Shown in pieces: positions 8,089-18,187 of a stretch of 62,843 nt of DNA. Position 1 is the first letter of the stretch, and every line of letters starts with the position of its first letter. A model generated the notes under the pieces. It was not told where the DNA came from. It saw nothing but the letters and a program-made list of their open reading frames with translations, and ran no database searches. The position numbers were made by a program, and so were the translations under genes. The stretch spans positions 1-62,843 of the forward strand of contig NZ_JAZQPU010000318.1 in the NCBI RefSeq assembly GCF_045628745.1, given 5' to 3'. This stretch comes from Pedobacter sp. Lineage in GTDB: Bacteria > Bacteroidota > Bacteroidia > Sphingobacteriales > Sphingobacteriaceae.

Positions 8089-10704
8089 ATGAAGATTTTA
8101 GGCATTCAAGTGCTAAGGGGACCGAATATTTGGTCTATTAAAAGAAAAAAACTGATTCAAATGCGCCTTGATTTGGAAGAACTGGAGCAAAGACCAACAA
8201 ATTTAATTGATGGCTTTAAAGAAAGGCTTGAAGAAGCTATCCCTAGTCTTTATTCTCATCGTTGCTCCAAAGAAAAGCCGGGTGGTTTTTTTGAAAGAGT
8301 AAAAGAAGGAACCTGGATGGGCCATGTAATTGAACATATTGCCTTAGAAATTCAAACACTTGCAGGAATGGACACTGGATTTGGCAGAACCAGGCAAACG
8401 AAAACAGAAGGCATCTACAATGTTGTATTTAGTTACCTGGAAGAAAAAGCCGGAGTCTATGCTGCCGAAGCATCTGTTAAAATCGTGGAAGCGCTGATCA
8501 ATAATGAAGACTGCAAACTTGAAGAGCATATACAGACATTAAAGGAACTGAGAGAACTGGAACGCTTAGGTCCAAGTACTGGCTCCATCGTCAATGAAGC
8601 TATTGCAAGAGATATTCCTTGGATCAGACTGAATAAAAGCTCCTTAATTCAATTAGGCTACGGCAAAAATCAGGTTCGCTTTAGGGCAACAATGACCGAA
8701 AGAACCAATAGCATTGCTGTTGACATTGCCTGCAATAAAGATGAAACAAAAAGGCTCTTACAAGATTCTGCTATTCCAGTAGCTAAAGGAGTTACCCTTT
8801 CTGAAATTTCAGATTTACCAGAAGCCCTAAGAAGACTAGGCTTTCCGTTGGTATTTAAACCATTGGATGGTAATCATGGAAAAGGTGCTACAATAAATGT
8901 AAAAACCGAAGCCGCAGCACATGAGGCTTTTGAATATGCTAAATTATATTCCCGCAAAATCATCATCGAAAGATTTATTACAGGTTATGACTTTAGAATC
9001 CTGGTGATTGACCATCAAATGGTGGCTGCTGCTCTACGTGTGCCTGCACATGTGAAAGGAAACGGACAACAAACTATTCAGGAGCTGATCGACAAGGAAA
9101 ACGAAGATCCACGCAGAGGTTATGGGCATGAAAATGTGCTGACGGAAATTATCGTGGACCGTGATACACTGGATCTTTTAGAAAAACAGAACTATACCCT
9201 GGATACTGTCATTCCAAACGGAGAGGTCTTTTATTTAAAATCTACCGCCAACTTAAGTACAGGGGGCACTTCTATTGATGTAACTGATCTAGTGCATCCG
9301 CAGAATATTTTCATGAGTGAACGCATTTCCAGAATCATTGGTCTGGATATCTGCGGTATCGACATCATGGCAGAAAACCTTACCCAACCGTTGATTGAAA
9401 ACGGTGGTGTGGTATTGGAAGTAAACGCTGCACCGGGTTTCAGGATGCACCTTGCACCAAGTGAAGGCCTGCCAAGAAACGTGGCTGCACCGGTTATCGA
9501 CATGTTATACCCTCCAGGAAAATCTGCCAGAATCCCAATTATTTCTGTAACAGGCACAAATGGAAAAACGACCACCACAAGGCTTATTGCCCATATTGTA
9601 AAAAGTAATGGTACACGCGTTGGTTATACTACCTCAGATGGTATTTATGTGCAGAACACCATGCTGATGAAAGGTGATACTACCGGACCTGTGAGTGCAG
9701 AATTTATTTTGCGTGACCCCACGGTAGAGTTTGCTGTCCTTGAAACTGCCCGTGGCGGTATTCTTCGTGCAGGTTTAGGCTTCAACAAATGCGACATTGG
9801 CGTAGTGACCAATATCCAGGAAGATCATTTAGGCATTGCTGATATCCATACCCTGGAAGACCTGGCAAGGGTTAAAAGTGTCATTATCGGATCTGTGGTG
9901 AGGTCTGGTTGGGCAGTATTAAATGCCGACAATAAATATTGCCGCAAGATTGGCGACACTGCCGATTGTCAGGTTGCCTATTTCAGCATGGATGAAAATA
10001 ATCCTGCTATCGTTGCCCATTGTAAAAAAGGTGGCACTGCAGCAATTTATGAGAACGGCTACATTACCATTAAAAAAGGCGACTGGAAAATCAGGGTTGA
10101 TAAAGTTACTCATGTGCCTTTAACCTTTGGTGGCAGCGTAGACTTCATGATCCAGAATGTGTTGGCAGCAACGCTTGCCACATTCCTTTACGGCTATAAA
10201 ACTGAAGACATCAGGATGTCGCTGGAAACCTTTATTCCATCGGCAGCTCAAACACCAGGAAGAATGAACATCTTTAAGTTCAAAGAGTTTCAGATCCTGG
10301 TAGATTTTGCACATAATCCGGATGGCTTTACAGGTATTAAAAACTACTTAAAAACCATTGAGGCTACGGAGCATGTTGGGGTAATTTCTGCAACCGGCGA
10401 CCGAAGAGATGAGGACATAAGAGAAACGGCAAGAATAGCAGCCCAAATGTTTGACAAGATCATCCTTTGCCAGGAAAAATACCTTAGGGGACGTAACCAG
10501 CAAGATCTTATAGACCTTTTGCTGGAAGGAATCTATGAAATTAAGCCTAATATGCAGGTAATCATTAATAATAGTGGGGATAAGACCCTTCAGTATATTA
10601 TAGCTACGGCTAAATCTGGATCTTTCTATACCATTTTAAGTGACACCATTGACAATGCCATTGTTAAGGTAACCGAATACCTGGATAAAGAATACGGTAT
10701 TTAG
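8089..10704 (+). CDS. cphA: Cyanophycin synthetase CphA1
   Basis: 871 aa. N domain LRGPNIWS and Cx19HxxEH; ATP-grasp KPLDGNHGKG, ANLSTGG and EVNAAPGFRMH; Mur-ligase domain TGTNGKTTT, ETARGG and DFAHN. Confidence 0.97.
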   Translation: MKILGIQVLRGPNIWSIKRKKLIQMRLDLEELEQRPTNLIDGFKERLEEAIPSLYSHRCSKEKPGGFFERVKEGTWMGHVIEHIALEIQTLAGMDTGFGRTRQTKTEGIYNVVFSYLEEKAGVYAAEASVKIVEALINNEDCKLEEHIQTLKELRELERLGPSTGSIVNEAIARDIPWIRLNKSSLIQLGYGKNQVRFRATMTERTNSIAVDIACNKDETKRLLQDSAIPVAKGVTLSEISDLPEALRRLGFPLVFKPLDGNHGKGATINVKTEAAAHEAFEYAKLYSRKIIIERFITGYDFRILVIDHQMVAAALRVPAHVKGNGQQTIQELIDKENEDPRRGYGHENVLTEIIVDRDTLDLLEKQNYTLDTVIPNGEVFYLKSTANLSTGGTSIDVTDLVHPQNIFMSERISRIIGLDICGIDIMAENLTQPLIENGGVVLEVNAAPGFRMHLAPSEGLPRNVAAPVIDMLYPPGKSARIPIISVTGTNGKTTTTRLIAHIVKSNGTRVGYTTSDGIYVQNTMLMKGDTTGPVSAEFILRDPTVEFAVLETARGGILRAGLGFNKCDIGVVTNIQEDHLGIADIHTLEDLARVKSVIIGSVVRSGWAVLNADNKYCRKIGDTADCQVAYFSMDENNPAIVAHCKKGGTAAIYENGYITIKKGDWKIRVDKVTHVPLTFGGSVDFMIQNVLAATLATFLYGYKTEDIRMSLETFIPSAAQTPGRMNIFKFKEFQILVDFAHNPDGFTGIKNYLKTIEATEHVGVISATGDRRDEDIRETARIAAQMFDKIILCQEKYLRGRNQQDLIDLLLEGIYEIKPNMQVIINNSGDKTLQYIIATAKSGSFYTILSDTIDNAIVKVTEYLDKEYGI

Positions 10705-10707
10705 CAC

Positions 10708-10743
10708 AAAGGCCCGGTAGTTTTGAATTACCGGGCCTTTTTA
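10708..10743. terminator. Bidirectional intrinsic terminator
   Basis: AAAGGCCCGGTA..TACCGGGCCTTTTTT between convergent genes. Confidence 0.85.
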
Positions 10744-10760
10744 TAAAATAAGTATAGCGC

Positions 10761-11219
10761 TTAACTAGCTTGTAAATCTCTTAAACCTTTAATCTGGTCA
10801 TGAGATGCTCTTAATTCTGCTTTTTGCTCCGAGATAAGTTCTCTTAGGTTAGCCGAAAGATCTTCTTGCTCTAAAGCAGTTTTATAGGCTTTCTGAGCTG
10901 CATCTTCACCGAACTCACAGTTATTAAGGATAGTTTTACGATCGTGACCTGTAAAAACAGCCTTAACATCCATCCATGCTCTATATATCTTTCCTGAACC
11001 AGTTGTTCCTTTTTCAATATCAGATCCCAAAGCCTGTACTTCTGTAGCAAGGGCAAGTTTATGCTTGTGGCTTTCCCCAATCATTTTCACAAACAAAGCT
11101 TTAAGATCGCTATCGGCTGGCTCTAATTCTTTGATTGCTTTTTCATAACCTTCAATTCTATCATTGTTGATTTGAATAAGGTCGTTTAATATCTCTGCGT
11201 TTGCTGTGCTGTTTCCCAT
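10761..11219 (-). CDS. PA2169/DUF2383-family ferritin-like four-helix-bundle protein
   Basis: LNDLIQINNDRIEGYEKA, GKIYRAWMDVKAVFTG and CEFGEDAAQKAY. Confidence 0.85.
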   Translation of the reverse strand: MGNSTANAEILNDLIQINNDRIEGYEKAIKELEPADSDLKALFVKMIGESHKHKLALATEVQALGSDIEKGTTGSGKIYRAWMDVKAVFTGHDRKTILNNCEFGEDAAQKAYKTALEQEDLSANLRELISEQKAELRASHDQIKGLRDLQAS

Positions 11220-11269
11220 AATAATATATATTTGATGAACTAAAACAACAGTCAAAGCGGCAAAATGTT

Positions 11270-12085
11270 TTAGCCTTTACCACCGTAAATATCATTGATG
11301 ATTTTCGCTAAGCGCACACCACCTTTTAACAGCTGTCCATTAATAGTATCGATATAGTCGAAATTATAACGGTAACCTAATTTGTCATCAGGTTTGATCG
11401 TTGCATAAACCTGGTTACAGATCATATAAGATTCTAAAACGTAGTCTTGTAACGGAGCGGCCTGCCATGCTGTTATTTGTTCTTTAGTAGGGTGGTTAAT
11501 CGCAGTTGCATATTCAGTATAACTTAGCTGTTGGTAATCAACAATGCTTTCGTCCCATACTTTATGCAGGTTAGAACGACCGCCAAACCAGGTAACGTAT
11601 ACTTTGTTACCCCCAAGGTCTTCTTTTCTTGCGGTGTGCATTGGTTGATGAAGATCACCGACCAGGTGGATCAATACCCTTAAAGCCATTTTCTGCTCTG
11701 CCGCAGGTGTTTGTTTGTTTTTCAACAAGGCCACCATTTTATTGATTTGGTTAAAAACATTCGGCTCTTCTGCTGACTTTAAAAATTGGTAAACACCTGC
11801 CTTATCCAATCCGCCTGGCAGGTTTACATAATGCCATGCGCCCATGTAATTGAAGGAAGTATCAGACTTGATAAAATCAGGCCAATTACTGGCCATAGCC
11901 ATACTTTCATTACCTAAAATTTGCTTCACGCCTTTGCGTGCTTTAGAGGTTAAATAAGTGGAAGCCACTTCGCCAACTACACGGTGACCAATTATACCCC
12001 ATGCTGCCGCTTTCATTGGCATATAAGCCATTATTGCAAGGGTTAACCCTATTTTAATTTTGTTCTTAACTGTAAAGATGTTCAT
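11270..12085 (-). CDS. S1/P1 nuclease (secreted)
   Basis: Signal peptide then WG..GH, WPDFIK, WHYVN, HLVGDLHQPMH, DLGGN and NLHKVWD zinc ligands. Confidence 0.93.
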   Translation of the reverse strand: MNIFTVKNKIKIGLTLAIMAYMPMKAAAWGIIGHRVVGEVASTYLTSKARKGVKQILGNESMAMASNWPDFIKSDTSFNYMGAWHYVNLPGGLDKAGVYQFLKSAEEPNVFNQINKMVALLKNKQTPAAEQKMALRVLIHLVGDLHQPMHTARKEDLGGNKVYVTWFGGRSNLHKVWDESIVDYQQLSYTEYATAINHPTKEQITAWQAAPLQDYVLESYMICNQVYATIKPDDKLGYRYNFDYIDTINGQLLKGGVRLAKIINDIYGGKG

Positions 12086-12156
12086 TTGTATATTACTGCT
12101 TTTAAACGGTGATCAAGCAAATCATCAGCAACATTTACTGCTACTGATGTATGCTG

Positions 12157-12651
12157 TTATAAACTTTTGGGTTCACAAACTATTCTTTCCTTCAATACAA
12201 GATTACAGTCGCGCTGGTCATTAAGACTTTGCAACTGTATAGTTTCAGGTGTAATAGCACTAATGTAGAATCCTTTTATGTAACGCCCGGTACGGTAACA
12301 ACCAGACACCTTTTGTTTGTAATTAGGCTTGGTATAATCGCCCTCCATAAAAAGACTGTCGCCACGAACTACATATACCCCTTTTGCATACTCTTTCCAT
12401 ACGCCGTTATTGAAACAAGAATCGGGATAGTAATTAACTTTTGAGTATGTGGTGAGGTCTACATAGAAAGAATCACAAGTAAATTTAAACTTATGCTGGG
12501 TGTAGTTTAACAGTTGATCAGAATGAGCTATACTATCCTGGTTCCATACGCCCTGAAGGAAAGCCTCTCCTTTTCCTTGTACATTGGGTAACCTGGTACA
12601 GGCTGTAAACACACAAATTGATAAAAGGAGAAAGAAGAGGTTTTTAAACAT
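12157..12651 (-). CDS. Hypothetical lipoprotein downstream of fumC
   Basis: Lipobox FTA-C, beta-rich sequence with several Cys; no fumarase motifs. Confidence 0.7.
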   Translation of the reverse strand: MFKNLFFLLLSICVFTACTRLPNVQGKGEAFLQGVWNQDSIAHSDQLLNYTQHKFKFTCDSFYVDLTTYSKVNYYPDSCFNNGVWKEYAKGVYVVRGDSLFMEGDYTKPNYKQKVSGCYRTGRYIKGFYISAITPETIQLQSLNDQRDCNLVLKERIVCEPKSL

Positions 12652-12664
12652 GTTTCTGGTCAAT

Positions 12665-14062
12665 TTATTTTAAACTTCCTACCATTTCTTCTGGTTTTAC
12701 CCAAGCGTCAAATTGCTCGCTGGTTAGCAAAGACAATTCTACTGCAGCTTCGCGAAGAGTTTTATTTTCTTTATGTGCTTTTTTAGCAATTTTTGCAGCA
12801 TTCTCATACCCAATATGTGGGTTCAAGGCTGTAACCAACATTAAAGAATTCTCAAGGTGTTTCTTAATTTCCGGAAGGTTAGGTAAAATACCTTCCACAC
12901 AGTGATCGTTGAAAGAAACACAAGCATCACCAATTAACCTGCCTGATTGCAAAACATTAGCAGCAATAACAGGCTTGAAAACATTAAGTTCAAAATGGCC
13001 ATTACAGCCACCAATACTTACAGCAACATCATTACCAATTACCTGTGCACACACCATAGTGATAGCCTCAGGCTGTGTAGGATTAACTTTTCCGGGCATG
13101 ATAGAAGAACCTGGTTCATTGTCAGGAATGATAATTTCGCCAATACCTGAACGAGGACCTGAACTCAACATCCTGATGTCATTTGCAATTTTCATTAAGG
13201 AAACAGCAATGCGTTTATAGGCACCAGAAAGTTCCACCATAGCATCATGTGCCGCTAGTGCTTCAAATTTATTTGGTGCAGTTACAAAAGGAAGTGCAGT
13301 AAGATCTGCAATTTTCTGTGCAACAAGTACGTCGTATCCTTTTGGTGTATTTAAACCAGTACCCACTGCGGTACCACCTAAAGCCACTTCACTGATCATC
13401 ACTAATGCATTTTTTATGGCGCGGATACCATTGAATATTTGTTGTGCATAACCAGAGAACTCCTGACCTAAGGTTAAAGGCGTAGCATCCATAAAATGGG
13501 TACGGCCAGTTTTAACGATATCAGCAAATTCTTTTGCTTTAGCATCTAACGTATTATATAATTTTTCTAAACCCGGTAAGGTAATTTCTGCAGCTTGTTT
13601 ATAAGCCGCAATATGCATAGCCGTTGGGTAAGTATCATTAGATGATTGTGATTTGTTCACATCATCATTTGGATGCAACACTTTGCTGGTGTCATTAAGA
13701 TCACCACCATTAATTACATGTGCACGATTGGCAATCACCTCGTTAGCGTTCATGTTACTTTGTGTACCAGAACCTGTTTGCCAGATTACCAGTGGAAACT
13801 GATCATCAAGCTGACCAGCAATTACTTCATCACAAGCCTTAACAATAAGGTCTTTTTTATCAGCGGTTAAAACTCCTAATTCCTGGTTTGCCAGGGCTGC
13901 AGCCTTCTTTAAATACCCAAAAGCATGTATAATTTCTTTTGGCATAGAAGCCTCCGGACCTATTTTAAAATTGTTACGTGAACGTTCAGTTTGTGCTCCC
14001 CAATATTTATCAGCAGGCACCTGTACATCACCCATGGTATCGTGTTCTGTTCTAAAAGCCAT
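12665..14062 (-). CDS. fumC: Class II fumarate hydratase
   Basis: [13 protein letters not shown] signature, [12 protein letters not shown] and GRTHFMDA. Confidence 0.98.
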   Translation of the reverse strand: MAFRTEHDTMGDVQVPADKYWGAQTERSRNNFKIGPEASMPKEIIHAFGYLKKAAALANQELGVLTADKKDLIVKACDEVIAGQLDDQFPLVIWQTGSGTQSNMNANEVIANRAHVINGGDLNDTSKVLHPNDDVNKSQSSNDTYPTAMHIAAYKQAAEITLPGLEKLYNTLDAKAKEFADIVKTGRTHFMDATPLTLGQEFSGYAQQIFNGIRAIKNALVMISEVALGGTAVGTGLNTPKGYDVLVAQKIADLTALPFVTAPNKFEALAAHDAMVELSGAYKRIAVSLMKIANDIRMLSSGPRSGIGEIIIPDNEPGSSIMPGKVNPTQPEAITMVCAQVIGNDVAVSIGGCNGHFELNVFKPVIAANVLQSGRLIGDACVSFNDHCVEGILPNLPEIKKHLENSLMLVTALNPHIGYENAAKIAKKAHKENKTLREAAVELSLLTSEQFDAWVKPEEMVGSLK

Positions 14063-14202
14063 AATTTTATAAGTTTTGCTCCAAATTTAAGCTTTATCTT
14101 GGTACAGGGAGGTAAAGTAATAGATATTGTTTTAAGAATTTTACCGTTAAAGGTTTATTATTTTCTTAAATTTCGGCTTTTTATAAAGACACCAATTAAT
14201 TC

Positions 14203-15411
14203 ATGACTTATCGCAATATTTTAGTGGTGGCAGCTATGGCCACACTCCTATTCACAAACTGCTCTTCATCAAGTAAAGATCATATCGACCCTAAGGTAAG
14301 GACAGAAAGTGATGACAAGGCAGACAGCCTATTGGTTACATTTAACCCAAAAAATGAGGATAAATTTATTGCCAGCTTTGTTCAGAACTTACATAAAAAA
14401 TACGGCTTCAACGGAAACGTGCTGGTTGCCAAAGATGGAAAGATCCTGTATCAAAAAGCTATTGGCTGGGCAGATTACCTGCACCGCGATAGCTTAAAAA
14501 TCAATTCCGAATTTGAGCTGGCCTCTATCACCAAAACTTTTACCGGTGTTGCCATTATGCAGCTTTTAGAAAAAGGCAAACTGTCTCTAAATGACGATGT
14601 AAAAAAGTATTATTCTAACTTCCCTTATGACGGTGTAACCATTAAATTGCTCCTTAGTCACCGCAGTGGCATGATGAACTATGTTTATTTTACTGATGGC
14701 ATCTGGAAGGACAAGAAAAAACCCATGAGTAACCAGGATGTTATGGGCTTGATTGCAACACATAAACCACCACGTTACGCTCAACCTGATACCCGCTTTC
14801 ATTACAACAACTCTAACTATATGGTACTGGCCTCCATCATAGAAAAAATTACTGGAAAGACCTATGCGGATTACATGATGCAGAATGTGTTTAAACCTGC
14901 AGGCATGAAAAACACACATGTTTACTCGACTACCGTTTACCCTAAAATCCCAGTAGATGTGGTGGGCCACGACCGTACCTGGAGATACTCGGTAGTGCAG
15001 AACTTTTTAGATGGACCAGTGGGCGATAAAGGTATTTACAGCACCCTGCACGATATGGTATTGTACGACAATGCTTTGCGCAAAGGTAGGTTGTTGACTA
15101 AAGCAAGTCTTGATTCTGCTTATACAGGCCGTAATAAGGCCGTAAACGGACATTTTAACTATGGCTATGGCTGGAGATTATTTGAGGGAGACAAAGGCCG
15201 TAAGGTGGCTTACCACACAGGTTGGTGGCACGGCTTCAGACATATCTATGTGCGTGACTTAAATCAGAATATTGTTGTAATGTTTTTAGGGAACCTCACT
15301 AATGGAAGTTTACTCCACCTTGATGACCTGTACAAACATTTAAAGATGCCTATTATCCGTAAAGGTGCTTATGCTGGCAATGGGTCGCTTCCTGGAAGTG
15401 ATGAAGATTAA
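14203..15411 (+). CDS. Serine hydrolase, beta-lactamase/PBP-like (class C/AmpH-type) lipoprotein
   Basis: SITK (SxxK), YNN (YxN), HTG triad and LLSHRSG; lipobox FTN-C. Confidence 0.88.
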   Translation: MTYRNILVVAAMATLLFTNCSSSSKDHIDPKVRTESDDKADSLLVTFNPKNEDKFIASFVQNLHKKYGFNGNVLVAKDGKILYQKAIGWADYLHRDSLKINSEFELASITKTFTGVAIMQLLEKGKLSLNDDVKKYYSNFPYDGVTIKLLLSHRSGMMNYVYFTDGIWKDKKKPMSNQDVMGLIATHKPPRYAQPDTRFHYNNSNYMVLASIIEKITGKTYADYMMQNVFKPAGMKNTHVYSTTVYPKIPVDVVGHDRTWRYSVVQNFLDGPVGDKGIYSTLHDMVLYDNALRKGRLLTKASLDSAYTGRNKAVNGHFNYGYGWRLFEGDKGRKVAYHTGWWHGFRHIYVRDLNQNIVVMFLGNLTNGSLLHLDDLYKHLKMPIIRKGAYAGNGSLPGSDED

Positions 15412-17517
15412 TCAGGATATTTTATCGAAAGAAATGCCTTTATTTTTCTTCTCTAAATAAGACCTTAACAAATGATTTTGAGGAAGTGACAGCGATGGAT
15501 CTTCCTCAAAAGCTTTAATAACAGTGTTCCTGGCTTCTTGTAATATAGCCTGATCTTTTGCCAGGTCTGCTAGTTTTAAATCCAAAACACCACTTTGCTG
15601 TGTTCCTGAAAGATCTCCCGGCCCACGCAATTGTAAGTCAATTTCAGAGATCTCAAAACCATTATTTGTTTTCACCATTGTTTCCAGCCTTAACTTGCCC
15701 TCCCTGGTCAGTTTATTGCCGGACATCAGGATACAGAAAGACTGTTCTGCACCACGGCCTACACGGCCACGCAGCTGGTGCAACTGCGACAATCCAAAAC
15801 GTTCTGCATGCTCAATCACCATTACCGAAGCATTAGGAACATTCACGCCTACCTCAATTACTGTGGTGGCCACCATGATCTGCGTTTCCCCTTTTACAAA
15901 GCGCTGCATCTCAAACTGCTTATCTGCATTGGTCATCTTACCATGGACAATACTAATTTGATAATCTGGCAGTGGAAACTGGTAACGCATTTGTTCTACA
16001 CCAGCCTCAAGGTATAGCAAGTCTAGCTTTTCACTTTCTTTTATCAGGGGATAGACAACATAAACTTGTCGCCCTTTTTTGATCTCCTCTCTCATGAAGC
16101 CGAACATGCGCAGGCGCTGACCTTCAAAAAGATGTTTGGTTTCAATAGGCTTTCTTCCTACTGGCAGCTCATCAATCACGGATACATCAAGATCCCCATA
16201 TAAAGTCATGGCCAGTGTACGCGGAATAGGTGTGGCCGTCATCACTAAAATATGTGGGGGCACACTATTTTTACGCCAGAGTTTCGATCGTTGTTCTACA
16301 CCAAAACGATGCTGCTCATCGATCACTACAATCCCAAGGTTCTTGAATTGCACTTTATCTTCAATTAAAGCATGAGTACCTACCAGAATATCAATTTCTC
16401 CATTTATTAATTGTTCATGAAGAACTGTACGTTGCTTTTTAGTGCTGCTGCCGGTGAGTACAGCTACCTTAACGAAATCATCTTTCACCAGGGAAACCAG
16501 CGATTGGTAATGCTGACGTGCAAGAATTTCTGTTGGGGCCATCATACAAGCCTGAAAGCCATTATCGTTGGCCAGCAGCATGCTCATCAAAGCAACAATG
16601 GTTTTCCCACTGCCTACATCCCCTTGCACCAGGCGGTTCATTTGCACCCCTCTTTGGGTATCTGTTCTAATTTCCTTGATTACCCTTTTCTGTGCATTAG
16701 TGAGCTCAAAAGGAAGGATATCCCGGTAAAAAATATTTACTTTATCGCCGACTTTATCAAAGAGCAGCCCTTTAAATTTCAAAGTACGCTGCTGCTTGCT
16801 GTTGAGCACCTGCAGTTGAATATAGAAAAGTTCTTCGAATTTAAGCCGCCGTTGTGCATCCTGCAATGCCTGTGGCGTCGCAGGGAAATGAATATGAAGG
16901 ATGGCCTCTCTTTTAGAGATGAGTTTGTATTTATCCAGAATATAAGCAGGGAGGCTTTCTTTCACCTCCCTGATATGCTGTTCTATTACTAGGGCTTGTA
17001 GTTTCTGAATGCCCTTGCTGTCTAAGAAATTCTTCTTAAGATTTTCTGTAGAGTTATAAATGGGCTGCAGTGTTAGATTACCGGTAAGGGTTGCAGGACG
17101 GGGATAGGTTTCAAGTTCAGGGTGAGAGATACTGAAAGTTCCGTTAAACAAAGTAGGTTTGCCAAAGGCGATATAAACCTTGCCACGCATCACATTTTCA
17201 TCCACCCATTTTAAACTTTGAAACCATACCAGCTCCATGGTACCCGTTTCATCCGTAAACTTAGCTACAATACGTCTTTTGTGCTTTTCCCCTATAGACT
17301 GTTTATCTGTAATTCTACCCACCAGTTGCACCAGGGGCAGATCTACATCAAGCTCGTTAATTTTATAAAAGCGCGTCCTGTCAATATACCGGAAAGGATA
17401 ATAGTTTAAAAGCTGGTCATAAGAAAAAATGCCCAACTCTTTTTTCAAAAGTTCGGCACGTCTGGGACCAACACCCTTCAGGTATTCAATAGGCGATGCT
17501 AATATTTCTTGATACAA
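15412..17517 (-). CDS. recG: ATP-dependent DNA helicase RecG
   Basis: GDVGSGKT, DEQHRFG, TATPIPRT and QLRGRVGRG. Confidence 0.97.
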   Translation of the reverse strand: MYQEILASPIEYLKGVGPRRAELLKKELGIFSYDQLLNYYPFRYIDRTRFYKINELDVDLPLVQLVGRITDKQSIGEKHKRRIVAKFTDETGTMELVWFQSLKWVDENVMRGKVYIAFGKPTLFNGTFSISHPELETYPRPATLTGNLTLQPIYNSTENLKKNFLDSKGIQKLQALVIEQHIREVKESLPAYILDKYKLISKREAILHIHFPATPQALQDAQRRLKFEELFYIQLQVLNSKQQRTLKFKGLLFDKVGDKVNIFYRDILPFELTNAQKRVIKEIRTDTQRGVQMNRLVQGDVGSGKTIVALMSMLLANDNGFQACMMAPTEILARQHYQSLVSLVKDDFVKVAVLTGSSTKKQRTVLHEQLINGEIDILVGTHALIEDKVQFKNLGIVVIDEQHRFGVEQRSKLWRKNSVPPHILVMTATPIPRTLAMTLYGDLDVSVIDELPVGRKPIETKHLFEGQRLRMFGFMREEIKKGRQVYVVYPLIKESEKLDLLYLEAGVEQMRYQFPLPDYQISIVHGKMTNADKQFEMQRFVKGETQIMVATTVIEVGVNVPNASVMVIEHAERFGLSQLHQLRGRVGRGAEQSFCILMSGNKLTREGKLRLETMVKTNNGFEISEIDLQLRGPGDLSGTQQSGVLDLKLADLAKDQAILQEARNTVIKAFEEDPSLSLPQNHLLRSYLEKKNKGISFDKIS

Positions 17518-17547
17518 GGTATTTAAGTTTTGCTACGGCTATTGCCC

Positions 17548-17931
17548 TTAAGCTTTAACGGCGATAGCTGAAATTTCTACATTCACTCCCTTAGGTAATC
17601 CTTTAACCGCAACAGTTTCTCTTGCAGGAAAGTCTTTGGTAAAGTAAGAGCCATACACTTCATTTACTTCTGCAAAAAGCTCCATGTCAGATAAAAATAT
17701 AGTTGTTTTCACAATATGTTCAAAAGCAAAACCTGCCTCTAATAAAACAGCATTCAGGTTACGCATTATCTGGTGAGTTTCACCTTTTAAAGAAAGGGTG
17801 GTCAATTCGCCAGTTGCAGGGTTAATAGCAATTTGTCCGGAAAGATAAAGAACTCCATTAGCTAAAACAGCCTGGCTGTAAGGACCAATTGGAGCGGGCG
17901 CATCAGTAGTGTGTGTAATTTGTTTGATCAT
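17548..17931 (-). CDS. ridA: RidA-family enamine/imine deaminase
   Basis: APAPIGPYSQA, SGQI, PARETVAVKGLP and VEI. Confidence 0.92.
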   Translation of the reverse strand: MIKQITHTTDAPAPIGPYSQAVLANGVLYLSGQIAINPATGELTTLSLKGETHQIMRNLNAVLLEAGFAFEHIVKTTIFLSDMELFAEVNEVYGSYFTKDFPARETVAVKGLPKGVNVEISAIAVKA

Positions 17932-17975
17932 CGTTTGTAGGGTATTGAGCATAAGTAAATATGCTATTGATTGAA

Positions 17976-18113
17976 TTATTTAAAAAAGTATTGGATTAGT
18001 TTCCATAAAATCCCTGCCAGGAAGATCAGAATAGCCAAGGCATTGATAAAATGCATTGCTTTCAGGCTTCCGCTAGAGGGTCTGTTGTTATCTTTCTTTC
18101 TGAAGAAATACAT
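17976..18113 (-). CDS. Small membrane protein, 45 aa (DUF6728-like)
   Basis: Manual translation MYFFRKKDNNRPSSGSLKAMHFINALAILIFLAGILWKLIQYFFK with one TM helix; below the ORF-track size cutoff. Confidence 0.7.
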   Translation of the reverse strand: MYFFRKKDNNRPSSGSLKAMHFINALAILIFLAGILWKLIQYFFK

Positions 18114-18129
18114 ATACAAATGTATAAAT

Positions 18130-18166
18130 AAAAAAAGAGGCCTTCGAATATCGAAGACCTCTTTTT
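18130..18166 (-). terminator. Intrinsic terminator after ompA
   Basis: AAAAAAAGAGGCCTTCGA..TCGAAGACCTCTTTTT. Confidence 0.8.
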
Positions 18167-18187
18167 ATGATATGTTCTTAAGAAATA

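Noticed and set aside
10761-11219. PA2169-type ferritin-like protein as part of the cyanophycin system
   Set aside because: It is convergent, separated by a strong bidirectional terminator, and nothing in the sequence links it functionally.
12157-12651. Second fumarate hydratase subunit
   Set aside because: It is a lipoprotein with no fumarase motifs; class II FumC is a complete homotetramer.
14203-15411. Acquired beta-lactamase resistance gene
   Set aside because: Generic SxxK/YxN/HTG serine hydrolase lipoprotein in housekeeping context with no mobility signs; activity cannot be inferred.
16411-16992. 193-aa plus-strand ORF and other short ORFs nested in long genes
   Set aside because: They lie antisense or out of frame within recG, fumC, cphA, carB, rpsB and similar genes, and show no recognisable motifs.
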